A program made the translations under genes and the position numbers. Shown piece after piece: positions 1 through 18,661 of a DNA stretch of 64,000 nucleotides (positions within the stretch are counted from its first letter, which is position 1; every line of letters starts with the position of its first letter). The DNA lies in NCBI RefSeq assembly GCF_009914755.1, contig NC_060944.1. One strand, written 5' to 3'. Source of the DNA: the human T2T-CHM13v2.0 reference genome, Homo sapiens. A model generated the notes under the pieces. It did not search any database. It saw only the letters and a list, made by a program, of their open reading frames with translations, and was not told where the DNA came from.

Positions 1-738
<738 letters not shown>

Positions 739-859
739 CACTGTGCTTTCTAAAAATGCCTGTGGCCCCCTTCTTCACTCGATGTGGAAAATTGACCAGG
801 GCTTCTCTGGCCCTTTAGTAAGTTGTAGTAGTATGGCTCCTAAATCTTTTTCCAAGGAT

Positions 860-1025
860 TGGGATCCTGGCTGCACATCTTAATTACTTTTGGAGCTCTT
901 TGAAAATACCATAGCCCACTGCAAGCCAATTGAGTTAAGAGTTTCTAAGTTAGGGTCCTAGTGTCTATATGTGTACAACAGTCCACAGATGATTCTAATA
1001 TGCAGCCAGCCTTGAGAACTGCTTT
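860..1025. mobile_element. MER5-type hAT-Charlie MITE relic
   Basis: ggctgcacat... and gattctaatatgcagcca...ttgagaac termini. Confidence 0.55.
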
Positions 1026-1288
1026 GATCTTGTCATTACATTATAAACCCACTGTCCTTCATATCTGAGTCATCCTTTATTGCCTGTGGTTGAGTGTTAA
1101 ACCAGTCATTTTAATTCCTAGATATTATTATAATTCCATAGATATTTCATCTATGTTTGGTTCCTTTTGGCCATCTGGGGCTACTTTTTAAAAAATAAAT
1201 TCTGTTCTGAGACCTCGCTACAATGTAGCCTGACAACAGAGGCTCAGGGTACCCCTTACAGGTGAAACAAAGCTCATCATGAACAGGA

Positions 1289-1591
1289 ATCTGGGTGCAG
1301 TGGCTTACGCCTGTAATCCTAACACTTTGGGAGGCCAAGTCGGAAGGATTACTTGAGGCCTGGAGTTCAAGACCAGCCTGTGCAACAAAGTGAGACCCTA
1401 TCTCTACAAAAAAGAAAACAATTAGCTGGGCATGGTGGCGCACACCTGTAGTCCCTGCTACTCCGGAGGCTGCAGCAGGATGATTGCTTGAGCCTAGAAG
1501 TTGGAGAATGCAGGGAGCCATCGTTATGCAACTGTACCCCAGCCTGGGCAATAGAGCAAGACCCTGTCTTTAAAAAAAAAAAAAAAGAAAA
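1289..1591 (+). mobile_element. Alu (J-like)
   Basis: Dimeric consensus with A-tail. Confidence 0.93.
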
Positions 1592-1730
1592 CATTATGTT
1601 TAGAATATGTAGGAAAAGATGCAAGTGGGGATCTGAATTGTTACAGCTTTCTTTTCTGTCTTTTGTGTGGTATACCTGTTCGTGTGTGTAACTTTGGAAT
1701 TAGTGAATTATAGGTGGGAGCCTGTTTTAA

Positions 1731-2107
<377 letters not shown>

Positions 2108-2345
2108 TTTTTTTTTTTTTAATAAATGTTTCTTGGCAGATAGTTGTTCTAAAATGTGTCCAGTGGTATTGAAAGTGTTAATACCAAGAAGTTACATTGG
2201 CAGTTTTTCTTGTTTTCAGACCTGGAATAATGCCTTTGGCTCAATTTAAAAATAGAATCTGTAATGTTAGTGGAAATTAAACATCCTGAATAGAGTATGG
2301 CATGTAAGCCACACTAAGCCAGGGTTTTTAAAAACGAGACTAACA

Positions 2346-3290
2346 GGCTGGGTGCAGTGGCTCATGCCTGTAATCCCAACACTTTGGCAGGCCAAGGCAG
2401 GAGGACCAAGCTGGACAATATAGTGAGATCCCATCTCTAAAAACAATTTTAAAAAAAATTAGGTGTGGTGGCATGTGCCTATAGTCCCAGCTACTCAGGA
2501 GGCTGAAGTGGGAGAATCACTTGAGCCTAGAAGTTTTAGACCAGCCTGGGCAACATAGTGAGACCTTGTTTCTTACAGAAAATTAATTAGCCAGTCATGG
2601 TGGCATGCTCCTATAGTCCCAGCTACTAGGGAAGCTGAGGTTGTTGTAACCATGCGAGTTATAGAGAAACGCCACACTTTGAGACAAATTAAAGAGTCCT
2701 TTATTAGCCAGCGACCCAGAGACAGCTCACGCCCAAAATTCTCTCAGCCCCGAGGAAGGGGCTAGTTTTGTTTTTATACCATGGTCTAAATAGGGAGGGG
2801 GGATTTTAGCTGAAGCAATTTTTACAGAAGCAGAACTGGCAGAAAGTTAAAAAAATTAATTGGTTACAAATGCAGTTACAAAAAAATAAACAGTTCCAGG
2901 TACTGGGGCTTAAACTATCACAAAGAGATAAATGTAGGGGTTTTGGGTGCCATGCACTGCGCGTGCCCCCAGGAGCTGCTGGTGCAACTCGCCTCAGCAT
3001 CTCATCAACAGGTGCATTCCTGGACGTGCTTTGAGTCAGTTTTACACTAGCTATGCCTGGAGGGAGGTGAAAGGGTTTACAAGTGAAGAAGCTAAAATGG
3101 AGTCTGTCCGGCTCTCTCTCTGCTAGGAGAGAGTCACTCGGGTTAAAACAAGGTAGGATATCACAAGGTGGGATGATCACTTGAGCCCAGGAGTTCAAGG
3201 TTGCTGTGAGCTAGGATTGTGCCACTGCACTCCAGCCTGGACGACAGAGTGAGACCCTGCCTCAAAAATAATAAATATAACAAAACAAAT
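2346..3290 (+). mobile_element. Three-armed old Alu (AluJ-like), split by the LTR
   Basis: Alu arm sequence stops at gctgaggt and resumes at aggtgggatgatcac. Confidence 0.85.
2642..3165 (-). mobile_element. ERV1-class solo LTR, LTR6A/6B (HERV-S71/HERV-T)-like
   Basis: TG...CA ends, 4-bp TSD aggt (2638-2641, 3166-3169), minus-strand TATAAAAA (2771-2778) and AATAAA (2700-2705); family assignment from recall. Confidence 0.8.
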
Positions 3291-4187
3291 TAAAAATTAG
3301 GCTAACACCAACTGTTATGAACCATTTACTTTATATTTTTGTGTTTTCTTCTTACCACCTAGTAAACCATCATACTCTGTGTGTTATAAGGTTTCTCAGA
3401 AAGACTATATAAGTAACAAAAATAATGATAATTACTATTTATTGAGCCAGCAGCATAGGATAACAGTGGGTGTTTGAGATGTGAATACTGTCCCCTAGAA
3501 TTGGGCAGTGCACTGCCATACACGGCAGTTTTACATTGGGCACTTATGTGCCAGGTACCAAATTAAATGCCTTTCATACATGATTTCATTTATTGTTCAG
3601 GGCAATGCTGTGATAAAACATAAGGAAGCTGAGGCTCAGAGAGGTCTGAGAGCCACACAGCTGGTGCATGGTGGAGCCACGATTTAAACAGGTCTGTCTG
3701 ACTCCAGAGAGCTATGCTTTTAACTCTTGTGCTGTTTACTTTTCTGGCCTGTTATAGCATGTTTGCTCAGAAGGTGAGCATGTATTAAGTCACTTTATTA
3801 CCTGATGTTTAAAGAAGCATTGGAACCTTCAAAATTAAAATTGGTACTCATGTTTTTGCTTTTCGAACTTGAAAATGAAGCATAAATTGGAATTGTGTTG
3901 AGTATTTATATGACCACAGACTTCAGAATCTGACTGCCTGGGTTTGATTGAATCCTGACTTTCCACCTTGATAGCTGTGTAGTTCCTCATTCACTCTTTG
4001 TTGGCCTTGGTTTTGACATCAGTAAATCAGGATATAATAATACCTTTCTCTGCTGGTGATGGTGCACCTTGTACACTAAAGCTCTTAAAAGAATACCTAG
4101 CATATACCTAACGTTTGTGAGCAACTGCTGTTAGCTATTACTTCCCTTTTACTTTGGATGATTCTCTTAAACTTTTTGTTTCCTTAG

Positions 4188-4329
4188 GCAGCGTGCAATG
4201 TTGCCCCACGTGGCGTGTATGTTTGTGGTAACACCACGACCACCTCTGGTCTGACGGTAACTCTTTCAAAAGATAGTTCCTCTGGAGATTTTGCTTTGGA
4301 AGCTGGTGCCCTGGTACTTGGTGATCAAG
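4188..4329 (+). CDS. MCM8: MCM8 coding exon (about exon 13): [47 protein letters not shown]
   Basis: ccttag|GCA acceptor, CAAG|gtgaga donor. MCM-box SGLT...EAGALVL motifs. 142 nt, phase matches the next exon. Confidence 0.97.
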
Positions 4330-4877
4330 GTGAGAGGCCAAAGGGAATAATTAGTGATTCTGGGACTTTTTGAAAAGCCTTTTCCTTTTCAGTTAATTTC
4401 TTTACATTCTGTTTAAGAGAAACATTTAGATAGCAAAGTCCTAACCAGTAAGTTGACACTGTCAGAAATAATCATTGGAAATGCAGTATCATCATTTTTA
4501 TACTACAGAATTGGAACTGTACTTAATGTCATTCATTTTCAGAATCTTATAGCCGATACAAGTATATGTAAAAATCAAATAAATATGTGTAGCTCCCTGA
4601 ACTTCCCATTTCATACCACCTATCATATTTGTGATCATTTTTTTAAAAGCCTGTTTTGAAGCTTTGTAGTAAGCTCCCTGTATGGTGGGATTTGGATGTC
4701 TTGTGGACTGCCATGTTCCCATTGCCTAGTACATAGGGGCACAGTAAATACTTATTGAATGCGTTACTATGATTTAGCTCTAAATAGTTTGGAAACCTTG
4801 GCACTGACAAAAAGGTGGATGTCATCCTTTGCTCACAGAGGACTTGCAATAGGAGATTACAGGTGTTACTTTCGATG

Positions 4878-5174
4878 TTTTTTTCTTTTTATGAGACAGA
4901 GTCTTGCTCTGTCACCCAGGCTGGAGTGCAGTGGTGCAGTCTCAGCTTTCTGCAACCTCTGCCTTCCAGGTTCAAGCCATTCTCGTGCCTCCTGAGTAGC
5001 TGGGATTACAGGTGTGCGTGACCACATCCAGCTAATTTTTGTATTTTTAGTAGAGACGGGGTTTTACCATGTTGGCCAGGCTGGTCTTGAACTCCTGGCC
5101 TCAAGTGATCCACCCACCACACCTCCCAAAGTGCTGAGATTACAGGCTACAGGCGTGAGCCACCACACCTGGCC
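4878..5174 (-). mobile_element. Alu (S-like)
   Basis: Dimeric consensus. Confidence 0.92.
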
Positions 5175-5399
5175 TACTTCAGAATGAATAGTTTTGCCGT
5201 ATTGTAACTGAACTCATTGGTTTTTTTTCAGGATTTGAGTGACAGGTGGTAAGAAGTCCAGGCATAGGGCCCAGCAAGAAGAAACCTCTACATTGGGCTT
5301 TGTCACCTAAGTTTCTCTTTGTGATGCCTTCACCTTATTGGGAAAACATGTTTCCATGCATGTGTCAGGCAGTGTCCAGATTCCAGTCCAGTTAAGGTC

Positions 5400-6760
5400 G
5401 TTCATTCCTTCTGGTTTGCCAGTGACTTCCATATTCTGAACCCAGGACCTGGTAGCCACATTTGACACAGTTAATCACTCCCTCCTCCTTGAGACCCTTG
5501 AAACTCTCATTGGTTTCCAGGCCACTTTACTTCATTCTTTACTTCTTTCTCAGTCGTTTACTGGTTCTTCATCTCCACAACCTCTTACCTGTTGTTAACT
5601 AAGGTGCTTAGTTCTTGGACCTTTTGTCTTCTGGGTCTGTATTTACCTTCTTGGTGATCTTGTATCGTTTCATTGGCTTTACCTACCTATCCGTGAAAAA
5701 TTCTAAATTTATAATCTCGTTTCCCTTAAATATCAGGCACATACTTCTTATTGTCTACACAGTATCTCCACAAATTTCTCAAACTTAACATGTCTAAAAT
5801 TAAAATCCTGATTTTGCCTTTCAAATCTATTTTCACAGTCTTCCTCATCTCAGTAAATGACAACTCTCATTATAATTGCTCAAATCAGAAAACACGGAGC
5901 CATCCTTGACTTTTTCTCATACCCCACATTAATCTGTCAGCAAATCTTGTTGGCTGTACCATCAAAATATATCTGCTATCTAACCACTTCTTCATTACCC
6001 TGGTCCATGGCACCATCATGTCTCACATGGATTATTACTGTAATCTCCTAATTGGCATGCCTGTAACCACGCTTGCCCCTTCCTGTTGTTTTTAATACAG
6101 TAATCTCATTAAAAATTAGATTGTGTTACTCTTGCTCATAACCCTCCAGTAACTGCCCGTCTCGCTCAGAGTGAAAGCCAAAGTCTTGAGAGTGGCCCAG
6201 GGCCATTCATGTTCTGGCCTTTCACCTCTTTTGCCTCCTTATCTGCTGCTTCCCATGTCTCCTCTTCTCTAGCTCCATTGGTGGCTCTGCCTTGGACACC
6301 ACCAGCACACCAGGCACGTCACATTTCCTCATAAGGGCCTTTGTACTTACTGTTCTGTTTGCCTGGAATGTTCTTACCCCAGATAGAGCTGCAAAGGCTT
6401 GTTTTCTTTCCCCCTTAATGTTTTGCTGAACTGTCCTGACCCCAGTGAGGTCTTCCCTAAATACCGTATTTTAACTTATAACCTCCCCTGCCCCTGCTGC
6501 ACCTTAGCAGACCTTATTTTCCTTACCCTAATCTACTTTTTCCTTCCATAGCACTTTTTACCTTCTATATTGTTTACTTTTTTATTGCCTGGACCCCCTA
6601 TTGGCTGAGTAGAACATAAGCTTCCAAGAGCAGGGAATTTTGTCTTTTCAGTGCCATACTCGGCATTCCTAGAACATAGTACTGGTATATAGAAGGCATT
6701 CAGTTTATTGAATTTATAAATTTATTGCATTTATATCTAGTAAATATTTGCTGAATAAAT
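5400..6760 (+). mobile_element. L2 LINE 3' fragment
   Basis: catttgacacagtt..cactccctcctccttga, ctcaaacttaacatgtctaaa, gcctggaatgttctt, terminal aatatttgctgaataaat. Confidence 0.8.
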
Positions 6761-6925
6761 AAATACCAAAAACATGTATCTCGTTATTATATAGCTCATC
6801 AGAAGTGAGAATATCTTTGCTAAGTTACCAGGTAAAATATAGTAATAAAAAGATGATACTCATGAAACCATGCAACTTCATTAACTAGAAGTAGAAGGTG
6901 ATTTGGAGGTTTTTTAAAAAAATTT

Positions 6926-7203
<278 letters not shown>

Positions 7204-7231
7204 GTTCAAAGTTTATGTTTTATGCTTTAAA

Positions 7232-7445
7232 ACAAGGGGTCATTAAACTTTGGTCCATAGGTCAAACCAGCCAACAGTGTGTTTTAGTACAGTCCACAAG
7301 CTAAAACTGGCTTATATATTTTTAAAAGATTGTAAAGGACAAACAAACAAACAGAAAAGCCCAAGAATATGTAAGGTTGTGCATGGCCTGTGAAACTTAA
7401 AATATATACTTCTGCACCTTTGCAGAAAAGGCTTACCAGCTCCTG
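7232..7445 (+). mobile_element. MER58-family MITE
   Basis: caaggggtc...aaact start and tttgcagaaaa...ctcctg end. Confidence 0.65.
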
Positions 7446-8417
7446 CTTTATACTTTGAAAAGTGACAGCCAAAGTAGGAAGTAGCTTGACTTTGTTCCTA
7501 CCCCATCTCTGAGGAATTGCATTAGCAATCTTGATAATTTCCAGTAATACCATGAATCCAGAGAGGTATAGGCAGACAGAGCAATAGGCAGCTCAGGGAA
7601 AGGTGGAGATAAAGCCTGTGAGTCTACCACTGCTAGGATCTTAGCACAGGCAGGGAAGGCTCACTATGTCCCAGAGCTCCACATTGAACAGCAGGAACAG
7701 GCTAATGCACTGGGATCCCCTGCCATGAATATGGGACACATTCCCAACAGAGGGGGGTGAACTCTCAGAAGAGATCAGCAAGAAAGGTGGCACAAAGTTC
7801 AACAAAGCCCCCCTTGCTTCCCCCTCCTAAATCATTACGTTACCAAAAAGTGCAAACTGTAGCTGGAAAGGAAAAAATGGGTCAAAATTACATTGGGAAA
7901 AGCGTATTGACAAGAATTCATATATACTGTGTCGGAAGAAATAGGTTTGGACAGAGCAGCCGTTATTATACATGAGCAAGGCAAAGAGACAGCATAGCAG
8001 CTGTGAAGAAATAACGTAGGAAGAAAGAAAGACATTTAATATGCCCAGTAAAAGACCTCACTGTAGACAAAATTATAATCTAAGGAACAAATGAAAATTT
8101 CCCATGAGTGTTTCATGTTTGATAAGAACATTAATGAAATAGCTCAAAACAAAAAGATAAGGCTATGAGAGACAAATTGATGACTAACAATGTTATTAAA
8201 CTAATATATAAAATTGACACTGCTGAATGAGAAATTATAAAGAGGAAAGGCTTGAGATAATTGCAGTGAATGCAAAAGAACAAAGCTTAATACAATTAGA
8301 GGGGAAGTAACAGAGATAGAGAACAAAGGAAATTCAACATAATTGGTTCCATGAAGTAGAAAACCCAAACATGAAACCAGAAATGGATTCAAGGATAGAA
8401 GAAAATCTGTTGAAATA

Positions 8418-8781
8418 AACTAAAGGCACTGTATGTGCCAGGAATGTCATGTCTATTGCACAAGTTATTGGGGACTCTCTAACATTAGTTTACAATATTT
8501 GTCTTCCCTGCTCCCCATACCAGTTAGGTTAGCAGCTGGGGATCAAAAAGACTAATCAGCAGTTATTTTCCATATACTCCTCTGTGCTAGTAAGGCTTAC
8601 TTAGGTATAGAGTAGATACGGAGGGGTTTAACCACAGCAAAGCCCTTCAGATGTGACCCCCAGATACTAACCTAACTGGTATGGGGAGAAAGGAAGACAA
8701 GCATTACGAGGTAATGTTAGAGAATCTCCAATAACTTATGCAATAGACATGACATTCCTGGTACATACAGTGCCTTTAGTT
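8418..8781. repeat. Long inverted repeat: 128-bp arms (8418-8545 / 8654-8781), 108-bp spacer
   Basis: Ungapped manual alignment, 112/128 identical. Confidence 0.95.
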
Positions 8782-9171
8782 AGTGGTGGTGCATTGTATT
8801 ATGTTTAAAGAGATTAAGTGATTTCCCTATAAGTGCATACAAGTGTATAGTCAATACCTGGTATAGGTTTTGAAATATACTTATTAAACATAATAAACTT
8901 ACTATATGTGTATTGAGGTATACTTATTAAATTGTGCATGTGTGTTTGTGTGTGTATGTAACATCACACCCATTTGAATTTAACTCCTTAAGCATTTTGA
9001 GAATTACTCTTACCTCCTCTTCGTTTTTGTAATCCTCACAACATAGTGCTGTGCGTATGAAAAATGCTAAAGGAAGAACTATTACACAAAACTTAGTTAA
9101 ATAAGACAAATGTATTAACTTGCTGCAGAACAAACAGTAATTCTCCATTGTATGACATTTTATAATTTTAA

Positions 9172-9477
<306 letters not shown>

Positions 9478-9539
9478 TAAGTCTCTTCAAATATTTATAC
9501 CTTTAATGTATTGAATCACTTTAATTCAATAAGAAAAAG

Positions 9540-10400
<861 letters not shown>

Positions 10401-11091
10401 TCTTCTAATTCATTCTGTACAGCTTGGACAAAATGTGTGGAAAAGGAAAAATATATTTAAGTGATACAAAAGTGAGAAAAAGACAAAAGAGTACCTCCTG
10501 AAAAATTAGAGCCTTAAGCCTAGTGGGGGTGGAGTTAATTTCTTGTTGTTTAATAATGTATCAATATAGAAACAGTCTTTGATACATAGTGAAATACACA
10601 ATGTGTACTTGGAGATTTAGGGTATTTACCACCACCACCAAAAAAATCAACCTACTAGTAGTTTTTCTTTAGTAAAATGACAAAGTGCTATATTAGAAAA
10701 ATCAGAAAGATCTATTGAACAAAAATCCAGCAGACTTGGATTCTGTTTTTTAATGGTATCATGAACAAAATACTGAACTAGCTAACCTCTGATATGTCAT
10801 GTAGCAGTATTGCCAATTAGTGATAATAGGACATGAAGAATTCAGTGGGTTTGGGGGTGTGAGAAAGAGCCATGTCCTCAACCTACCCAGGGTAGATACA
10901 TGTAATTCTTGTGCCCATGTTGCAGTGGTTGGATATATCGAATCCAAGAAGCTATTTGCTTATTTCTTTAACCTAAATCTTGGTTTTTCAAGTTCTGCGT
11001 GGAACTTGAGTAGTAAATAAGTGAGTAGACAGTTTTCTAGTTTTTCCTTTTGATTCCAATCATTGTTTCTTCTTTCTTTCATCCTTCATAG

Positions 11092-11311
11092 AATGGGGAG
11101 TGCACTACTATCCAGATTTGATTTGGTCTTTATCCTGTTAGATACTCCAAATGAGCATCATGATCACTTACTCTCTGAACATGTGATTGCAATAAGAGCT
11201 GGAAAGCAGAGAACCATTAGCAGTGCCACAGTAGCTCGTATGAATAGTCAAGATTCAAATACTTCCGTACTTGAAGTAGTTTCTGAGAAGCCATTATCAG
11301 AAAGACTAAAG
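11092..11311 (+). CDS. MCM8: MCM8 coding exon (about exon 15), arginine finger SRFD
   Basis: catag|A and AAG|gtataa junctions; MGSALLSRFDLVFILLD; 220 nt. Confidence 0.97.
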
Positions 11312-11474
11312 GTATAAATGTTTCTTCTCCTTATTCAGTTTGGTTCTGTTTGAATGTCAAAGTTCAGTGTGTGGCTTATTGTAGAGCAGTAGGATACAAA
11401 CTTTTTTTTTACCAGAACTTTTTAATATTTCCATACTAGAGTTTACGTAAACTTCATCTGAAATAATCCAAGTC

Positions 11475-11779
<305 letters not shown>

Positions 11780-11860
11780 TCAGCTAAGATGAGACCTACA
11801 GATAAAGTGTTTGGTTGATTTGGAGAGTCTTTTAGAATTGTATATTTATCTAAACAAGTT

Positions 11861-12529
<669 letters not shown>

Positions 12530-13134
12530 TGACTCCATTTTCCTTTCTATAGAGAGATGTTAGAAATGGATGGATGAAAGTTTTTTAAAAGATTTTGTCA
12601 TGTCTATAACATATCCAAGTATAGCTACTTCTTTCTAGTCACAGAATCAATTACTTAGCATGCAACTTTTCTTTTGTTTTTCTTTGACTGACTCTTAGGA
12701 GACTCCTGGAATATCTGAAAAGTGGTTAGGTTAACTAGGAGTATGAGACCCAAGTTGAGTATATGGGAACATGGAATGTGTCAGGTATCTTGAGTATTTT
12801 ATTTTTTTACATGACAGGTCCACAAGGATAGTTCCTGTGTTTTTAACAGCAGTAATATCTATTCACAGTTTGAAATACTAAGAGAACTCTGGCAGTAAAA
12901 ATTAGCTAGCTCAGAGTTTGGGCTTTTTGCTCCTAAAATCTGATTAATTCTTCTTTGTTGTTTTACCATATTGGTTAGGTATGATTTCCTAAAAGTAAAA
13001 GGCAAGGGAAAACCAAGTGTATTTCATCATCAAATCTCCTGAAATGATCACTCAGAAATATACGTTAACAAGTAAAAATGAGGTTTATCCTTATTTTAAG
13101 TGAGTTGTAATTTTCATAGTCAAGGTTTCACAGA

Positions 13135-13465
<331 letters not shown>

Positions 13466-13592
13466 TGATGTTATAACCTTCCTCGCCTAAAGGTCAGTTT
13501 TTGTGTAAAACAAGTAAATGAAGTAAAGCTTAGACATACTATGGTAAATATATTCATCTTTCGTCATCTGAAAATGGTGTTTTCTTTTAAAG

Positions 13593-13669
13593 GCACGAGC
13601 AAGGTTGGAATTGAGAGAGGAAGCAACCAAAGAAGACGCTGAGGATATAGTGGAAATTATGAAATATAG
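13593..13669 (+). CDS. MCM8: MCM8 coding exon (about exon 17): ARARLELREEATKEDAEDIVEIMKY
   Basis: ttttaaag|GCA and AG|gtaaga junctions; 77 nt, frame continuous. Confidence 0.95.
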
Positions 13670-14416
13670 GTAAGATAAAAATTTCAAATTGTTTTAAATG
13701 AAATACCAGTTATCTTCCCATCTCAAATTAGGTAATAGGCCAAGGCTACTTTTATTTAGCCCATTGGGTCACTTATTTTCCTCCTAAACAGAGTACCGTT
13801 TCTTAGTTTAAAATATTTCTCACTGTGTAAATAATCTTTACATTAGAAATTTTTTTGAATGAGTAATACATTTACATAGTGCTAAAATCAGTTCCAAAAC
13901 CTATTGGAGAAGAGCTATTTACCACCTACTCGCCCTTCACCCAGACACCCATTGCTTTTCCACAGTCTGCTGTTTATACTCTTCTGTACTGGTTTTGAAT
14001 TTTAACAATATATCCAGAGATCTTTTTTTATTAGAGACTCTTTTTTTATAGCTAGAGTATTCTATTGTGTAGATATACTATATAGTATATTTGATCAGTC
14101 CCCTATTGACACATAAATATTTTCCATTCTTGTGCTTTTAAATAATGCTACAATGAGTAATGTTCTACGTAAGATACTTCATATGTGGGTAAGTTGTGCA
14201 CCTACGTGATAAATTCTCAGAAGCGATATTTCTGGGTTCAACAGTAAATACTATAGGTTTTTGATAAATATTGCTAAATTGTATCCTTTGCATTTTACAT
14301 CATTTAGTAGATAATGATTCCTAGAAGGTAGAAAAGAAAAATTAGTTGAGCATATATGTTTACCTTAGACATAGATTTTTAAAAATCAGTAATATTATTT
14401 TGGGTAGTTTTTTTTA

Positions 14417-14855
<439 letters not shown>

Positions 14856-15403
14856 TTATTAGCAGTTTTTTGTGTGACTACATATCTATATATTCTTTTT
14901 TCCCCTTTGTAGACAAATGGTAACTATAACAACATACCATATACATGCTATACCTTGCTTTTTTCATTTAAAATGCATTTTTAATATCCTCTGATAGCAA
15001 TGAAAATACATTATCTGTTAGGAGTCTACTTTTCCAAGACCAAAAAATATATTGAAGATGAAATTATCTAATTTTGTTAAGTAATTTCTAATTCTTCTAA
15101 GGTAGATGAATTCTTTTGTCCTAGTAGCTGCTGATTCTGAGGTTTGCGTGGTGTCAGAACCAGGTGGTTTTGCCCAGGTGGTTTTGCCCAGCTATTCCCC
15201 TTTGGCTGTGAATAAAAGTGCAGCATAGCTGGAAGAGCAAGGGCTTTGGAGTTCAACCTGGAGCTGCCATGGCAGGTTACACACTGCTTCTCAGTTTCCT
15301 CTGGTGTAAAACACACCACAAAGGATTGTGCTCTGAGGTGTCATGCAGTGATGCTCAATAAAGTGACGAATACGGTTCTGATACATTAGAGAACACTCAG
15401 TAA

Positions 15404-16686
<1,283 letters not shown>

Positions 16687-18579
16687 ATCACACAGTCCTT
16701 GACCCATCAATTTTCTCTCTTTATGTGATTCAGTACTAGGGTTTGAGGGATCTTGTAGCTGAAAATTTTACCAACCTGGCTTTAGTCCCTCTCCAGTTGA
16801 TCTCATTATGTTGGAGACCCTCTAGTTGCCATTTATAAGCAACCAGATAGTCTAGGAATTTACTAGACTTTCTCATACAACTTGCTGCTAGGGGCATGGT
16901 GTGCTAGCATATGAAGTAAAAGAATGGCCACAAAATCTAGTTGTCTGCCTGACTTCTTGTGGGTATGGCTTTCTAAGAGACCAGACTAGAGACTGACCTA
17001 GCAGAGATATTTTTTCCCATTAGGAAAGTAAGTCACAACCCAACCAAAATTTCAGAATTTTTTTTAATTTTAACTTTTTTTCCTATAAAAAAAACAAAGA
17101 CCAAAAATAGGCACTTCTTATTTAATGATGAGAAGTTGCTTGTTGACTTACAGTCTAGAATGTGTGCATCTTGCTTTCTCTGCATCCTGCACTTGAACAC
17201 TCCACCTTTGGGAGTGTGGCTGAGATTCCCACTCCTGATTTCTTTTTCCTTTTAATGATCTCTGGCCCTCTGGGTCTTCTGGTGCCTGGCTCTCCTGAAT
17301 GTCATGTTTCTACTTTGTAGACTGTTCATCTGTCGAGCAAACTAAGGGGTACACTACCCTGCTCCTTTTCTCTCTTAACCTGTAACATTCTCCTCTTGAG
17401 GCTTTACCATTGCTCAATTTCTGCAGGCCTTAGACCATAGACGTCACCTCAACTGTTTACTGTTTCCCCACAGTAAATTCACTGGTCTGTGGACACGGTA
17501 GATTAGTTCTCCTATCTGAGCATCATGCTTAAGCAGAGTAAATTAGGCTATATTTACCTTTTCAGTAAAAATGCTATATTGCCCATTTATGGTTGGTTAT
17601 ACTTGGTATAAGATTTCTCTGCATGTCTGAATACTCATGTTGGACAGTGTTTGCATGTGCTTTCCTGTCCAAGAGGAACTCTTAAGTGTTGTCTCATGGA
17701 ACTCTGTATTTGTACTGCTTCCCAGAGTTGCTTTGGTGGTAAATTTGAACAAGTTTCAGATCAGTTTACATCTGGGCCCCTGAAAAAAAGAGGTCTTATT
17801 ATTAAGTGTAAACAGTACCCACATGACATTACCAGATTGTTTCCCTGAATTGTCTCAGTATGTTTACTGGCATTCATAAAAATTTTCAGGAAAAAGAAAA
17901 TAGTTTGATTGGAATTACCTGACACTATGTTCATGGTAGAGATCAAGATCCAGTGAAACACAATGAAATTAGATTATGAATTATCTGTTTGTTATGCTCA
18001 ACATGCATTCTTTCCTTAGTTTATGAGAGCAGGGACCTTATCTGACTCATTTACCAGTATATTCCCAGGGCCCAGAATCATGCCTGTCATAAAGTAGGCC
18101 TTCAGTAAATGTCCTGCACTGATAGTAAAGTTGACCTTAGTAATGATTCATTCATTCATTAAATCTTCCATTTCAGAGTTTTCATCTCTTCAGCTTCGTT
18201 CAGTCTTTGCCCTTAATGTGGTTTTAAACCTTTTAAGATTACATTTTAACTGGGAAGCTGACAGTTGAATAAGAAAATTCTTAAACTGTGACATAGCTTG
18301 TCTGAGTTACCAGAGCACTTAGCTGTATTTTAAAAAACTAAATGCTTATATTTAGTAGACAGTTCACATAAGCTTTCTCCTAAAATTGAAAACATACTAG
18401 GTAGCAGAAGAGAACAGAGCCACCTTCAAAGGTGAAAGATCATTGTTTTTTTCTATTTCAGGAAACTAGCTCAAATATTTTACATAGCTTTTTAAAATCT
18501 GAAGCAGTGTAGCAGATTCAAATCTGAGATATGCCACTTACTAGTTGTGTAACTTCTGGCAAGTCACTTTAATCTTAGC

Positions 18580-18661
18580 ATAGGTTGGTGCAAAAGTAGT
18601 TGCAGTTTTTGCCATAAGAAAAGCAATTTCAAAAACCTCTATTACTCTTGCACCAACCTAA
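18580..18661. mobile_element. MADE1 (Hsmar1-derived mariner MITE) inserted in a MIR
   Basis: TIRs taggttggtgcaaaagta... / ...ttactcttgcaccaacctaa; MIR sequence on both sides (~18500-18790). Confidence 0.92.

Noticed and set aside
2806-3198. 130-aa minus-strand ORF
   Set aside because: Runs from Alu into LTR U3 sequence; no gag/pol/env similarity
7450-8417. A-rich stretch resembling a decayed L1 5'/ORF1 region
   Set aside because: Too degenerate to assign a family or boundaries by eye, so not listed as a feature
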